IMG/VR virus record: IMGVR_UViG_3300002144_000477
Coordinates: 64,001-128,000 of that record
Strand: one strand, 5' to 3'
Source: a virus
DNA: 64,000 nucleotides
The notes under the pieces were generated by a model that ran no database searches, was not told the origin of the DNA, and was given only the letters and a program-made list of their open reading frames with translations. Position numbers and translations under genes: made by a program. This document shows positions 10,601-23,000 of the stretch, piece after piece; position 1 is the stretch's first letter, and each line of letters opens with the position of its first letter.

Positions 10601-10991
10601 TATCTTTGGAAATCGTGCCAACAGCGCACTTCAAGCTAAGTTTAAAGTAGTTAAGAATCCTAACATGATTATCAGTGATAGCGATGTTAAGACTAGCGTA
10701 GTTGCCGCTATCAATGCATACTTTGATATTAACAATTGGGATTTTGGCGAAACATTCTATTTCAGTGAACTAAGTGCATACTTGCACGCTGAGCTAACTC
10801 CTCAGCTAGCAAGCATTATCATTGTCCCAGGCAATAGCTCTGCACAATTTGGTAGCTTATATCAGATTAATGCTGAGCCCGACGAGATTTTAATTAGTTG
10901 TGCAACAGTTGACGACATTGAAATTATTAGTTCAATTACGGCGTCACAGATTAACCAAACCATGGCTGGTTTAATAACCACTTCTGTATAA
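7617..10991 (+). CDS. Baseplate wedge protein gp6-like
   Basis: ENFIDTAERRDSVLKLARLINY, FGDG and ESIAEIREKAPQQYYTQNRMITGEDY motifs of the gp6/baseplate-J family; follows gp25. Confidence 0.85.
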   Translation: MALNNRQTSLLVQQNWTKVYETFKEADFQSYDFETLRKTMIDYLRTYYPEDFNDFTESSEYVALIDLIAFLGQSLAFRADLNARENFIDTAERRDSVLKLARLINYHPKRNIASSGLLKVESISTTESVYDSNGTDLANLIISWDDTTNDSWQEQFNAIINAALVDSQTVGKGGNSQVVNGINTTEYTLSISPNSVPAYRFVSDVEGTSLPFEVVSASTVGKTFVYEKEPTPIGQFNILHRNDKLGNSSNNTGFFMYFKQGAVNSVDFNIGSALPNRIVNIDFDNINNNDTWLYKLTANNTVDTQWTKVPAIAGINIAYNKSSERNLYQVVTRNDDKISLSFGDGSFANIPQGNFRLYYRQSAGYEYKITPDEIQNINIPVTYIDRNGRTQVISLRVSLKYTVANSSPRESIAEIREKAPQQYYTQNRMITGEDYNIFPYTAYNTIQKVKATNRTSSGVSRFLDVVDVTGKYSSTNIFSADGVLYKDEYTKSLNFSYQTANEIFTVIYNQINPILKDKPVQHLHYNKGARFTIEDNSWRFESSSTNKTIGYLIDESDGVSVDAIGPGVSGVLGKILPGAIIKFSAGEGNYFNTRGQIKTGVVTKDGDKTYIYAAVQQINQTTNQLTISEYVPTGAIPVELIPVFKNLLSDSMLDQMVNLIKVYKNFALRYDNEINAWALIDAADIGTGGYSNDYAGDTQAQGLDSSWVIKFEYNGNEYTATYRGLDYYFESVAETKFYFDNRAKVFDSKTGTTITDTVTVLKFNSQADSAYPLAQNLAWSVYKNIVESDGYQDNKKILVTFPDSDGDGVPDNPDLFDLIVNSTVNSTTKFVFFKQNQTDSSFIEYLPLDYSAVEILDSEESVRLNADSYSTGQLFYSHSNNQFYQLVTGQTSNREVINVTSDYRARIGRDKLNFQYRHNSPNSRRIDPSPNNIMDLFILTKRYATDYAAWINDTSNTLTAPVTPTNEELKSEFAELENYKAMSDSIIYNGATFKPIFGNRANSALQAKFKVVKNPNMIISDSDVKTSVVAAINAYFDINNWDFGETFYFSELSAYLHAELTPQLASIIIVPGNSSAQFGSLYQINAEPDEILISCATVDDIEIISSITASQINQTMAGLITTSV

Positions 10992-11007
10992 TAGGTAAGT
11001 AAGACAT

Positions 11008-14000
11008 ATGGCAATCATCAAAACAGTTAACTTCCTCCCAGAAATTTTTAGAACTGACACTAACGCTAAGTTTCTAAATGCAACACTTGACCAACTAATC
11101 AATGAACCGCAGTTTAAGCGAGTTGATGGGTATATTGGGCGCAAGTTTAGTCCTACTTATAAAAGTACCGACAACTATGTTGTTGAGCCAAGTAAGCCTA
11201 GACAGCAATATCAACTTGAGCCTAGTATTATTGTTAATAATAAAGATAATGATTCAATTGATTTTTACAGCTCGTATCTAGACCTACTGCAACAGATACA
11301 GTACTATGGTGGTAATATTACTAACCAAAGTAGGTTGTTTAAAAACGAAAGCTATAGCTTCGATGGGCAGTTTGATTATGATAAGTTTATTAACTTTAAG
11401 AACTATTATTGGTTAGAAAACGGACCAGCATGTGTGCCAGTCTCTAGCGGCAATGTACCAACACATAATGACTATGATGTAACTCGTAACATTACATTAA
11501 GCGGCTACAACTTTAGCGAGTCTGGAACAGAGAGTAACCCTGTTCTTGTAATGGCTCGCGGCGGTACGTATACTTTTAACATCAATGAGCCAGGTCATCA
11601 GTTCTGGATACAGACTGAACCGGGTATATCGGGTAAACGAGCACAGCAACAAAATATTAGCACACGAGAAGTATTTGGTGTTGCTAACAATGGAACTGAC
11701 GCTGGTACAGTTACCTTCAAAGTGCCACTAGTAACGGCACAGAATCGTTACAGCTCAATGCCGGTAGTTGACCAAATTGACATTGCTAGTGTAGATATAC
11801 ACTATAGCGAAATTCAAGGAAGTGCGTTAAGTGCGTTCCTTCGTAAATTTACAAATGGTATTGATGGCGCTAAGACTTACGCAGATTTGCATAATCGAAA
11901 TATGATTTTTGCAACAACAGACGACTCGCTTGATGAATCTTACTGGTCTAACAACGAATTCTTTGCAATGCTTAGATTTGGTGCGGCAGTCAAAGATCAA
12001 GTAGTGCCTGCTGCACAACGTAGGAACATTTGGAGAATTACATTAGTGCCATCAACTGATGTTAACCCAGACTCAGGGCTAGCAGACGATTACATAATTA
12101 ATCTAATACCAAGTACTGAAGTTCAATTTGATAACCGAGTCTATGTAAGAAACGGTATTGTCGCAGGCACAAGGGAATACTACCTTGATTTCGATAATAT
12201 GTTCCATCCGGTTCCAGTTATTACCTCCAATTTAGATGTGATATACTATCAAGATTCTGTTAACCCAGCATATTTTGGTGAAATACGTATCATTGATGCA
12301 AACAATTTTAGCATTGATGTTACTAGCAGTATACTTAATAAAGTAAATTATACTAGTCCAAACGGAGTAGTGTTTACCAATGGTCTTAAGGTATGTTTTG
12401 ACGAGTATGTTACCCCTGCATTGTATGCAAATAATGAATATTATGTTGAGGGAGTAGGATCTAGCATAACGTTAATACCAGTTAGTTCGCTAGTAGCACC
12501 CGAGGAGTACGCCATTAACGGGTTAAGCACTCCTGACTACCTTACTGTGAATCGGGCTAGCATAGACCTCAATGGCTGGACACGTAGTAACCGCTGGTTC
12601 CATGTTGATATTATTACAGAAACAGCCAATTACAACAAAGACTCACTGATTTATACATACACATACGATCCGGATTTTAATAACGAGTTTGTACCGTATA
12701 CTGATAGCGCTATTGTTTCGACTATTCGTAGTCTGACTGCCATTGAGTCATTGAAAACTGAATACCAAGTTGGGCAAATTTTTTATGCCTATATTGAAGG
12801 GTTGTTTTTCCAGCTAGATGCTGAGATGAATCTAGTACCATTGGCAAATTTCCGAGCAACGAATTCTAGTTTACCTGACCAAACATTACGTGCAACTCGC
12901 CCAATTATTGAATTTAACGCAGGCACTAAGTTATTTAATTATGGTCACAGCGCATTAGACCCAGTTGACTATTTAGACTTTACAGTAACTGATGCATTCA
13001 GTGACATTGAACGTAGCGGCAGTGTGTACAACACCCTTGCACCGTATCTTAACGGTGATGTTGTTATAGTCGGGGATCAAGTTTACGGCGCAACTAAGAA
13101 CGTGCAGAGTTTACCAACTGATTCAACAGTGTGGAACCAGTTATTCCAGTTAGTACCGTACGATTCATCTAGGCCGTACCTGAAAGACGAGAAGGTATCG
13201 TTCAACGGGTCAGCATATCAAGCATTAAACTATGCCGACGTTGCACCAAGTGAAGCAAACGAAGACGAACTATGGTTTAAATTGTTTGACTATGTTTCGT
13301 ACGATCCAGAGTTAGCTGACACTTATACAATTAACACTGTAGTAGACTACGCGGGTATTGCTTACCGAGCGTTAGAAGATATCCAACAAAACCCAGCAAC
13401 TAGTGGGTTATGGGAGTTATTGTTTAATTTAATTGACGGTAAGACAATCATCTTTGCAAATGAAGACGATCCTGAAATTAGAAAACGAGTATATACTATT
13501 AGGTTAGTTGAAATAGCAGGACAAGATACTATACATCTGGAACTAGCATCCGACAGGTTAGTACAGCCGCAAGATGCAGTAATTGTTAAAAGTGGACAAC
13601 ACCAAAGCGAGAATTTTTGGTATAATGGAACCAATTGGTACCAAGGGCAATCTAAGTCTGGGGTAAACCAGGCTCCTAAATTTGATGTAGTAGACGAAAA
13701 TGGTATTAGCTTTGGTGACCGCGCTACTTATGTAGATAGTACGTTTAACGGAACAACTATATTTGAATATGCAGTCGGTACAGGCACCCGCGATACAGTA
13801 CTAGGATTCCCACTAACTTATAAAAACTTTAACAGCGTTGGTGACATTGAGTTCTTAACAAGATTTAACACTGACACCTTTACGTTTGTTAACGGGATTA
13901 AAGTAGACACTAAACAAGTAAGGTCCGGCTATCTTCTTCAGATTAACCAGGACTTGTCTCTACAACATAAAAATATCTGGACAAAGAACGTAGATGACAC

Positions 14001-17000
14001 TAAGCAGTTCCAATTAATTACTCATCAGTATGGCACCGACGGTATAAACTATTTTGAAATTGATTGTTTACCGGACATTGTAACAACTACTCCTAACTTA
14101 AAAGTGTACGTTAACAACTTGTACTTAAAGAGAGAAGACTTTAGGTTAGAAAAAGTAGGAACAAAAACCTGCATGGTTATTAATCCTGATGTTCTAACGC
14201 CTCTTGCGAAAGTTGATATATTAATTTACACATCTACTGCTATTAGTAGCATGGGCTATTACGAAATTCCGTTAAACTTAGATTTCAACAGCGAAAACTT
14301 GGAACTAGCTAGTTTAACATTAGGTCAAGTTAAAGATCACTTTATACAACTTGAAGAACACAGTAACATTATTCACGAGTCAGTTGGATCGTTTACTAGA
14401 CAACGCGATATTGAATACAAAAGTAACACTGGTACGATTTTACAACATGCGTACCCAGTATTGTACAGCAATCTGTTTTTAACAAACGATACTACATCAT
14501 TGATTGACAGTTTAGACTTAGCAAGCCGTGAGTATAGTAAGTTTAAAAACAAGTTCTTGGAACTTGCAAGCAAAATTGCTGACGCAAGTCAGGCGTCACC
14601 TGCAGAACTAGTCGACGCTATTATCACTGAGATTAACGCAAACAAAGATGCCAGTTTCCCGTTTTATCACAGTGATATGGTTCCTTACGGCACTAACCGC
14701 GCAGTATATGCAGACACAGTAATCAACCCTAATAGTAAACAGTTTGATTTGCCAGCAGTATTCAACGATACTGAATTGGGCAATACTGCGATATTAGTTT
14801 ATATTAACGAAACTCAATTAATCAAAGATGTAGATTATTATTTCCCTCAGGACCGCACTGCGGTTACATTAACTGATGCAGTAACATTACAAGTGGATGA
14901 TATTATCCGTGTAGTTGAATATTATAATACGTGGGGAAGTTATGTACCGGAAACACCAAGTAAATTAGGGCTGTATCCTAAATTTCAGCCGATGCTGTTT
15001 GCTGACGCTACTTATGTAACTACTACAAATGTAATACAAGGGCACGATGGCAGTATTACACCAGCGTTCAATGATTTCCGCGATATGTTGTTACTAGAAC
15101 TCGAAAAGAGAATTTTTAATAATATAAAAGTAAATTACGAAAGTAATATTTTTGACTTACGCGAAACATTGCCTGGTTTCTTTAGGAGCACTGGTTATTC
15201 AGACACCGAATGGAAGCAAATATTAAATCGCAACTTTTTAAAATGGGCTGGATTTAACCAAGTTGATTACAGTACACATACTGGATTTACATCAGCAAAT
15301 CCATGGACCTGGAACTATAAAAATCAAATAAACAAACTCAATGGTACTAAACTTCCGGGTAGCTGGAGAGCAATCTATTTAAGTTTATTTGATACATGTC
15401 GACCTCACACAAATCCGTGGGAGATGCTAGGATTTAGTAGCGAACCATCGTGGTGGGCAGACAGGTACGGAGCTGCACCTTATACCGGCGGCAACGTATT
15501 ACTATGGGAAGACTTAGAGAAGGGTTATATCCACAGCGGTCCGACTGCTGGCATTAACTCTTTATATGCAAGACCTGGGTTAACTTCGATTATACCAGTA
15601 AACGATTACGGCGAACTAAAAAGTCCGAACGAGTTTGTGACAGCAGGGCTAGATACATCTATATTGAACTCCAGCTATGAAGTAGGCACAATGGGCCCAG
15701 CAGAATACAGCTGGGTGTGCAGTAGCGATTATCCGTTTGCAATTCAACGTGCAATTGCATTAGCAAAACCTGCATTTTACTTTGGCAGTTTATTAAACAT
15801 TAAGCGTTACAGATATAGCGAAAAACTTGACCAATTAGTGAATGTCGAAACGTTGCGCAGAATTAGTCCTACTGATGTAGTGATTCCTAACAGCGTTAAC
15901 GCCGATGGCACCACTAACTTTGTTGCTGGGTACTTAAGCTGGATTGTTGAATTCATGAAGTATCGCGGAGTTGATGCGCAAACAGAATTGCGTCAACTGC
16001 TAGACAACTGTTCGGTTCAATTAAGTTACAAAGCTGCTGGCTTTACTAGCAAAAATTATATTAATGTATTAGCTGAGCAGAGTAGCCCAACTAGTACAAA
16101 CGACAGTATTATTATTCCAGACGAAAACTATCGTATTATTCTGAATAAGAGTACACCAATTAAGAAAGTTGTATATAGCGGAGTTATTGTTGAGAGGTCC
16201 GACAATGGTTTCACCATCGGTGGTTACGACTTAACTAATCCGTACTTCACTATCATTCCAAGTTTAGCAAATAACAACAACCACACAGTTTCGTTGCTTA
16301 ACAGCCGAGTAGTTGTTTATCACGATTATCAGCCACGTAAAATTCATGTTCCGTATGGTCATGAGTTTGCTAACATCCAGCAAGTAACTGACTTTTTAAT
16401 TAGCTACGGGCGCTTCTTAGTAGGACAAGGGTTTATGTTTAACACCCGTGATCCACAGCTAAATGAAGATCGTAATTGGGAACTAAGTGTTAAAGAATTC
16501 TTAGCATGGGAATCACAAGGATGGCAAGCAGGCAGCTTACTAATATTAAGCCCAGCGTTTGATAGAATTAATTTAGTAACCCCTGGGGCTACAGTCGACT
16601 ATGTTTCAAATGTGTCCAACGGTAGTAAAGTACTAAACCAAAACTTCCAAACAATTAAAAGCACTGAGTTTACAATTAATCGTCAGAACAACGAGTTTTC
16701 GATTGAAACATTGGATGGCGCAACAATTTGCTTATTCGAAGGCAGACTAGTCCAATGGGAACATGTAATGGTATTTGATAATACCACAGTGTTCAACGAT
16801 GTTATCTACTTGCCAGAGTTAGGTAATCGACAGTTCCGATTAAAGTTAATTGGTAATAAGACAGCAGCCTGGGCTGGTGAGTTAAACCCAGCTGGCTTTA
16901 TTTACAATAGCCCGGATATCGATTCATGGGAACCGCACACTGATTACCGTAAGGGTAAAATAATTGAATACAAAACAAAGTATTATGTAAGTTTACGTAA

Positions 17001-20000
17001 GCTAATCGGTACGGCTGAATTTGAGTTAAGAGAATGGCAGCAGATTGATCGGTATAGCATCAAGACTGGATTATTGCCAAACTTAGCATTTAGTGCTCAA
17101 CAGTTTGAACATATATACGATGTTGAAAACGGCCCAGTCGACGAGAGGTTGCAAGAGTTCAGCGGCACATTAATTGGACTGCGTAAACGCAAGTATTTAG
17201 ATGATTTAAATTTAGACTTCACTAGCCAGATGAAGTTCTATCAAGGGTTTATTAAAGAAAAAGGCACAAAGAATGCTGTTACTGCTTTAACGAATGCGAA
17301 TTTTAATAACATATCTAGTGAAATAGAAATGTATGAAGAATGGGCAGTACGTGTGGGCGAATATGGTGCGCTTGAAAGCGATGCTCAAATTGAGATAGTG
17401 CTTGATGATACTAAGTTTACAAATGACCCAAGTGCATTTAACCTATTAGACGGATTAGAACTGCCTACTCCGGGTGTTGTTCCAGTATACAAGTCTGACT
17501 TGTATCGAACAACATCGTCGGTGTTTAAACGTGACTTATTCTTTGCCCGCGGTGACGATTCTGATTACAGTAAGGATATTGCTACGGCAGGATTCGTTAA
17601 CTTAGCTGACGTCAATGCAACAGTATTTGATTTAACGAATTACAATGCGCTAAACACGTACTTAAAGCAGTTAGCCGACGGATGGAAAATATGGGTTGCA
17701 AAAGATTTTGATTTAAATTGGAACGTATACAGAATAACAAATGCCGAATTTTCGGTAGTAGCGATTAACTACGAAATCGATAATGTAATGAGTGTTGAAT
17801 TTAGCAATCCTCATAATCTTGACATTGGAGATATTTTCTGTATTAAGGGATTTGATTCAAAATTCGATGGCTTTTACAGAGTTCGTGAAGGTGGAATCGA
17901 CACTGGCATGCGAGTGCTAGTAGACTTATACCAAAATGCAGATTATTTAAAAGAAGCTAGAACGATTGCTGACAACGGCATGGTATTCCATATGGATAGC
18001 CTACGAGTAGACGATCCTATGCATATTGATCTAGTAGCACCAAAGCGCGGATGGAAAAACGGAGATAAAGTTTGGGTCGACCAAATTAATAGCCAAGAGC
18101 AGTGGGGTGTATATGAAAAAACAAACCCATGGTCGGTACTACAAGAAGTGGTTTCGCAGCCAAGTGATTTCATCGGTGAAGACGGATTCGGCGCAAAAGT
18201 TAAACTTAATATTAATTCAGACCTAGCATTGGTATCGGCACCGGCAGCCGGTGCCGGCCGAGTAAATGTGTTTGTATGGTTACCCGAAGGCAACTTTGTA
18301 CAAACAACAAAATTACAGGCGCCCGACATTGATCCAGCTACTGTTGGATTTGGTGACACATTGTCAATTAGCGATTATACCGCAGTAATTGCGGCACCTG
18401 CGAATAACAAAGCATTTGTGTATAACTTTAGAGTTGGCACATCTGGATTGCCTGTGCAAATTATATCACTGCCAGTTGGAGAGAGCATCGACAGCAAGTA
18501 CGGACAAAGTGTTGACATAAGTGAAGACGGGCAGTGGATACACGTTGGCGCACCTGGCATTAACAAAGTATATTCGTATCATAAAAACGATGAAGCAGAC
18601 GTCATTACCGATTCAGTTACAGTTACTAACTATACCGCCGGACAAACATACACCTTACCGTTTACGCCATATAGCGAAGACAGTATAGTAGTTAAGTATG
18701 ATGAAACCCAAATTTTAACGCCGGGAGTCGATTACACATTTGATGAATTAGCTAACGAAATTACAGTGCTCGGTACCGTACCTTTAACGATATCTAAAAT
18801 AACAATTCAACAAGGCGACCACTACACACTAGTTGGTGCACTTTTGGTACCGGGTATAGAATCTACCGCACAATTCGGCGCAGAACTAATAACCGATGTC
18901 GACGGAAGCGAATTGTTTGTAACAGCGCCAATGGCAGAAGTAAGCGGTATTGCAGGAGCAGGTAGAGTATTTTCGTTTGATAGACGCACCGAGATAATAA
19001 AAAGCAACGCTAACTTAACCACATATAGACATAGCGAAGATATCGTTGCAGTGTCGGATATATTCATTGGTGATGTTAGATTAGTTAAAGGACTCGAATA
19101 TTCATACAATCAAGCTACCCGCGATATTACAATTAACGTTAATAACTTAGCATCGGTTAACTTTACTAGCGGATTACGAATTAAAGTGTCTAGCGATGAG
19201 TTTGATTTAACGCATGAGATATCGCAACCTGAATCGGACATTGTACCAAACGGTATGTTTGGTTATGTAATCGATACAGATGAACACGCCGCAGCAATCT
19301 TTATATCTGCCCCTGGGTATCGCAATAGTAGCTACGCATCTGGTAAAGTTTACCGATACATTAAGCCTAGTAGGTACTACGGAACAGTAACAAGTAAAGT
19401 TGCTAACCCGGTTCTAACACCTGGTTTAAATTTGTACATAAACGGATTCCAAGTAATTGCTACAGGTGATTCAGTTAACACTCTTGCTAGCGACATTAAT
19501 AGTGCGCAGTTGCCAGGCATATCTAGTTTCGTGGACTCATCGGGTTACATTACTATTCAGTCAACAAGTAAAGTCAACCGTAGTAAGTTGTTTCTTTCAT
19601 GCGCAGGTAATAACCTGCTGTCCCAAATGGATATTGGCAACTATGTGTTAGCACAGGAAATTACAGTACCAGGGGGTGCAAACAATGATTTGTTTGGCAT
19701 CTCGCTCCGTGTAACAAACGACAGCAACACACTATTAATCGGGAACGGAAACACAACTACCCGATTGGATTGTATAATTGATGCCAACACTACTCTAGTA
19801 GACAACGGTAGTACTACATTTAAAGATATTACATTTGGTAGTCAAGTTTACACATACGAGTTACTTGAGAACGAACAGTCAAATTTATCTAACCCAGGTA
19901 AGTTGATATACGTACAAAAGTTTGATGTTATCAGTGGTAGACTATTCCAACAATTTGGCACAGCGATTGACATCCGTAAAGGAAAAGTGCTAATAGGCGA

Positions 20001-23000
20001 CTTCGGCGACGATACTATCACTAATAACGGTGGTACGGCTTGGCTATATACTAATCAGACTGGAACTAATAGCTGGAACTTAATACGCTCACAAGGCGAA
20101 ACAGTTGACATTGATACCGTAAATCGCTTAACAGTTTACAGTAAGAAATCAAACACAGTACTAGCTAATTTAGATTACATTGACCCAGCTAAAGGTAAGA
20201 TTTTAGGTATTGCTGAACAAGATATTGATTTAAAAGTAGCATTTGACCCAGCGTATTATACACACAACCCTGGCGCAAACACTATTAATATCGATACTAT
20301 CAGCTGGGGCGACGAACACGTTGGAACTATTTGGTGGGATTTAAGTTTAGTCAGGTATGTAGATTACGAACAAGGCAATTTAATTTATAGACTGAAAAAC
20401 TGGGGCAAACTGTTCCCGGGAAGTCAAGTTGAAATTTGTGAATGGGTGGAGAGTAATGTTCCTCCATTGCAGTACACTGGCAGCGGAGAACCGAAATATT
20501 CGGGCAACGGCTCTTATGTAGTTAAAAATACAGTAGACAACGCAACAGGCATACTAAATCAAAAGTATTACTTCTGGGTTAAAAATAAAACAACATCAAC
20601 AATTGCAGGCAAGGCACATAGTATCTCTGTACTAGCAGACATAATTGAAAACCCGCACCTCCAAGGTATCCCGTACGCAACACTTCTTGCACGTAACTCA
20701 CTTGGTTTGCATTCTATTAATCAGTTGTTAAGCGGTAGTGACTCGGTCCTACAAGTGCGATACGATAACTTAAGAAATAGTAACATTATACACAGCGAAT
20801 ACGAGCTGTTACAGGAACGCAATCCAGCCAGCACAATTCCTACAAAGATTATCTCGAAGCTAATAGATAGTTTAGCAGGCACCGATTTAAGTGGTAGGGC
20901 TGTTCCTGATCTTAGATTACTCGAGCAGGATAGATACGGTATTAGTATTCGCCCACGTCAGACCATGATTAAAAATAGGTCTGAAGCTATTCGTAACTTT
21001 GTTAAAGCGGTGAACTCTGTTTTAATTAACTATCCTATTAGTCAGCAAAGAGTATTAACGGGACTGCTATCTGCTGACCCAATACCAAAATCAACTGAGT
21101 ACGATTTTGCAGTTGACATGGTTGACGAACTAGCGTACATTAACGTAGATAACATCGATCCAGGGTATACAGTATTAGTCAAGAGCGACTCTAACAATGA
21201 AAATTTGTGGAGCATTTGGACATTAAATGATGCAAAAACCTTCGCATTATCGCGTATTCAGACGTATAAAACTAGTTTGTATTGGGATTACGTAGATTGG
21301 TTTGCATCGGGATACTCTGCGCAAACTCGTCCAGACTACTCAGTGGAATATATCAAAGATGTAGGTCGTTTATCATTGGTTCCTGCGGGATCTATTATTA
21401 AAGTAAAGTACAACCAAATTGGTAACTTTACTTTGTTTAAGACCAAGCAATACAACAATCTATTAGATTTAGAACTAATTGGATTAGGCAACGGCACGAT
21501 CCAACTAAGCTCTAGACTATATGATAACAACAACTATACACTAGGTTTCGGAACTGACAATTTTGATAACGAGAGATTTGACATAAACCCAAGCACTGAG
21601 TTACGCAAAATATTTGAAGCACTCCAGAACGACATATACATTGGGGAGTTATCTGCAGAGTTTAATAAACTGTTCTTCAACATGATTGACTACATTTTAT
21701 ATACTCAGCGCGATGTCGATTGGATCTTTAAAACTAGTTTTGTTAGCGTAGTACACCAATTACGCGAGTTAACTCAATACCCTAGTTTTGTCAAAGATAA
21801 CCAAGACTACTATATTGATTATATAAACGAAGTCAAACCATACAGAACTAAAATACGCGAGTACTTGATTAGCTACGCTGGTAACGATAACTATTACGGA
21901 GATGTCACTGACTTTGATTTGCCTGCGTACTACGAGTCGACTATCAATGAATTCCGTAGCCCAAGTGGCGAAGGTATTAACGACGACCTATTGTTAAGCC
22001 AAGTACAGTATAAGAGCTGGGTAGATAACCACGAATTAACATTAGAAAGTATCCAAGTCGAGCAGCCTGGCAAAGGGTACACGGTTCCACCGATAGTTAT
22101 TGTGTATGATCATAATGGTGTAGAAACTAATGTTGTTGCAGAATCTCGTATTAATCCAGTAACTGGCCAGGTAACAAGTATTGTAATTAAGTCTGCAGGA
22201 CAAAATACATACACTGCAACTCCGTATGTGGTTTTAAACGGTAACGGTACTGGGGCTACTGCTAGTGCCACAGTACGCAATTTAAAAATTAGAAGCATAG
22301 CAACTACTATTAAATTTGACAGAGTTGCATATCGTAGCAATTTAGTCAAATGGGAAGCAACTACTTCGGTAGTAACAGGCGACTTAGTATATTACAACAA
22401 TGTTGTATATCGTGCAGCAGCTGATTTAACTCCGTCGCCTATATTTGATTATCGATATTTTACTAAATTAACTGGTAACGATGCAGGCACCGCATTAGAC
22501 CGTATAGTTGCATATTATGTTAGTGCAGACGGAACACCAGGCGAAGAGTTGTTGCAAAACTTAGTTGACGGCCTAGTGTACCCTGGTGTTAGAGTAACTG
22601 GATTACGATACGAAGACGAAAGTCTAGAATCGCTGTTACTCGACTCGTACATCCAAGGTACATTCTTGGATACAGCGATAGGTACTCGCCCAGAGGACAT
22701 TGATGTTGATGGCGGTCCGTATGTTGACACGAATGTAAGCCATGGACCACAAGAGTTGATACCAGGAGTTACATTTGACACATTAGTAATGGGAGTATGG
22801 ACCAGGGTAATTGATGAGAATAACGAAGTAGTCAGTGGACCACCAATTGGCTATCGAGTTGTGCATTCTCTACACAGTAGTAGCTTAGTAACTCCGACTG
22901 AATGGATATCGGACTTTGCTTATATACCCAACAGCTTTGTTGAGTTTAACGGTGATTTTTACATGAGCACAGCAAACATTGCAAATCATGATGTAGTAGT

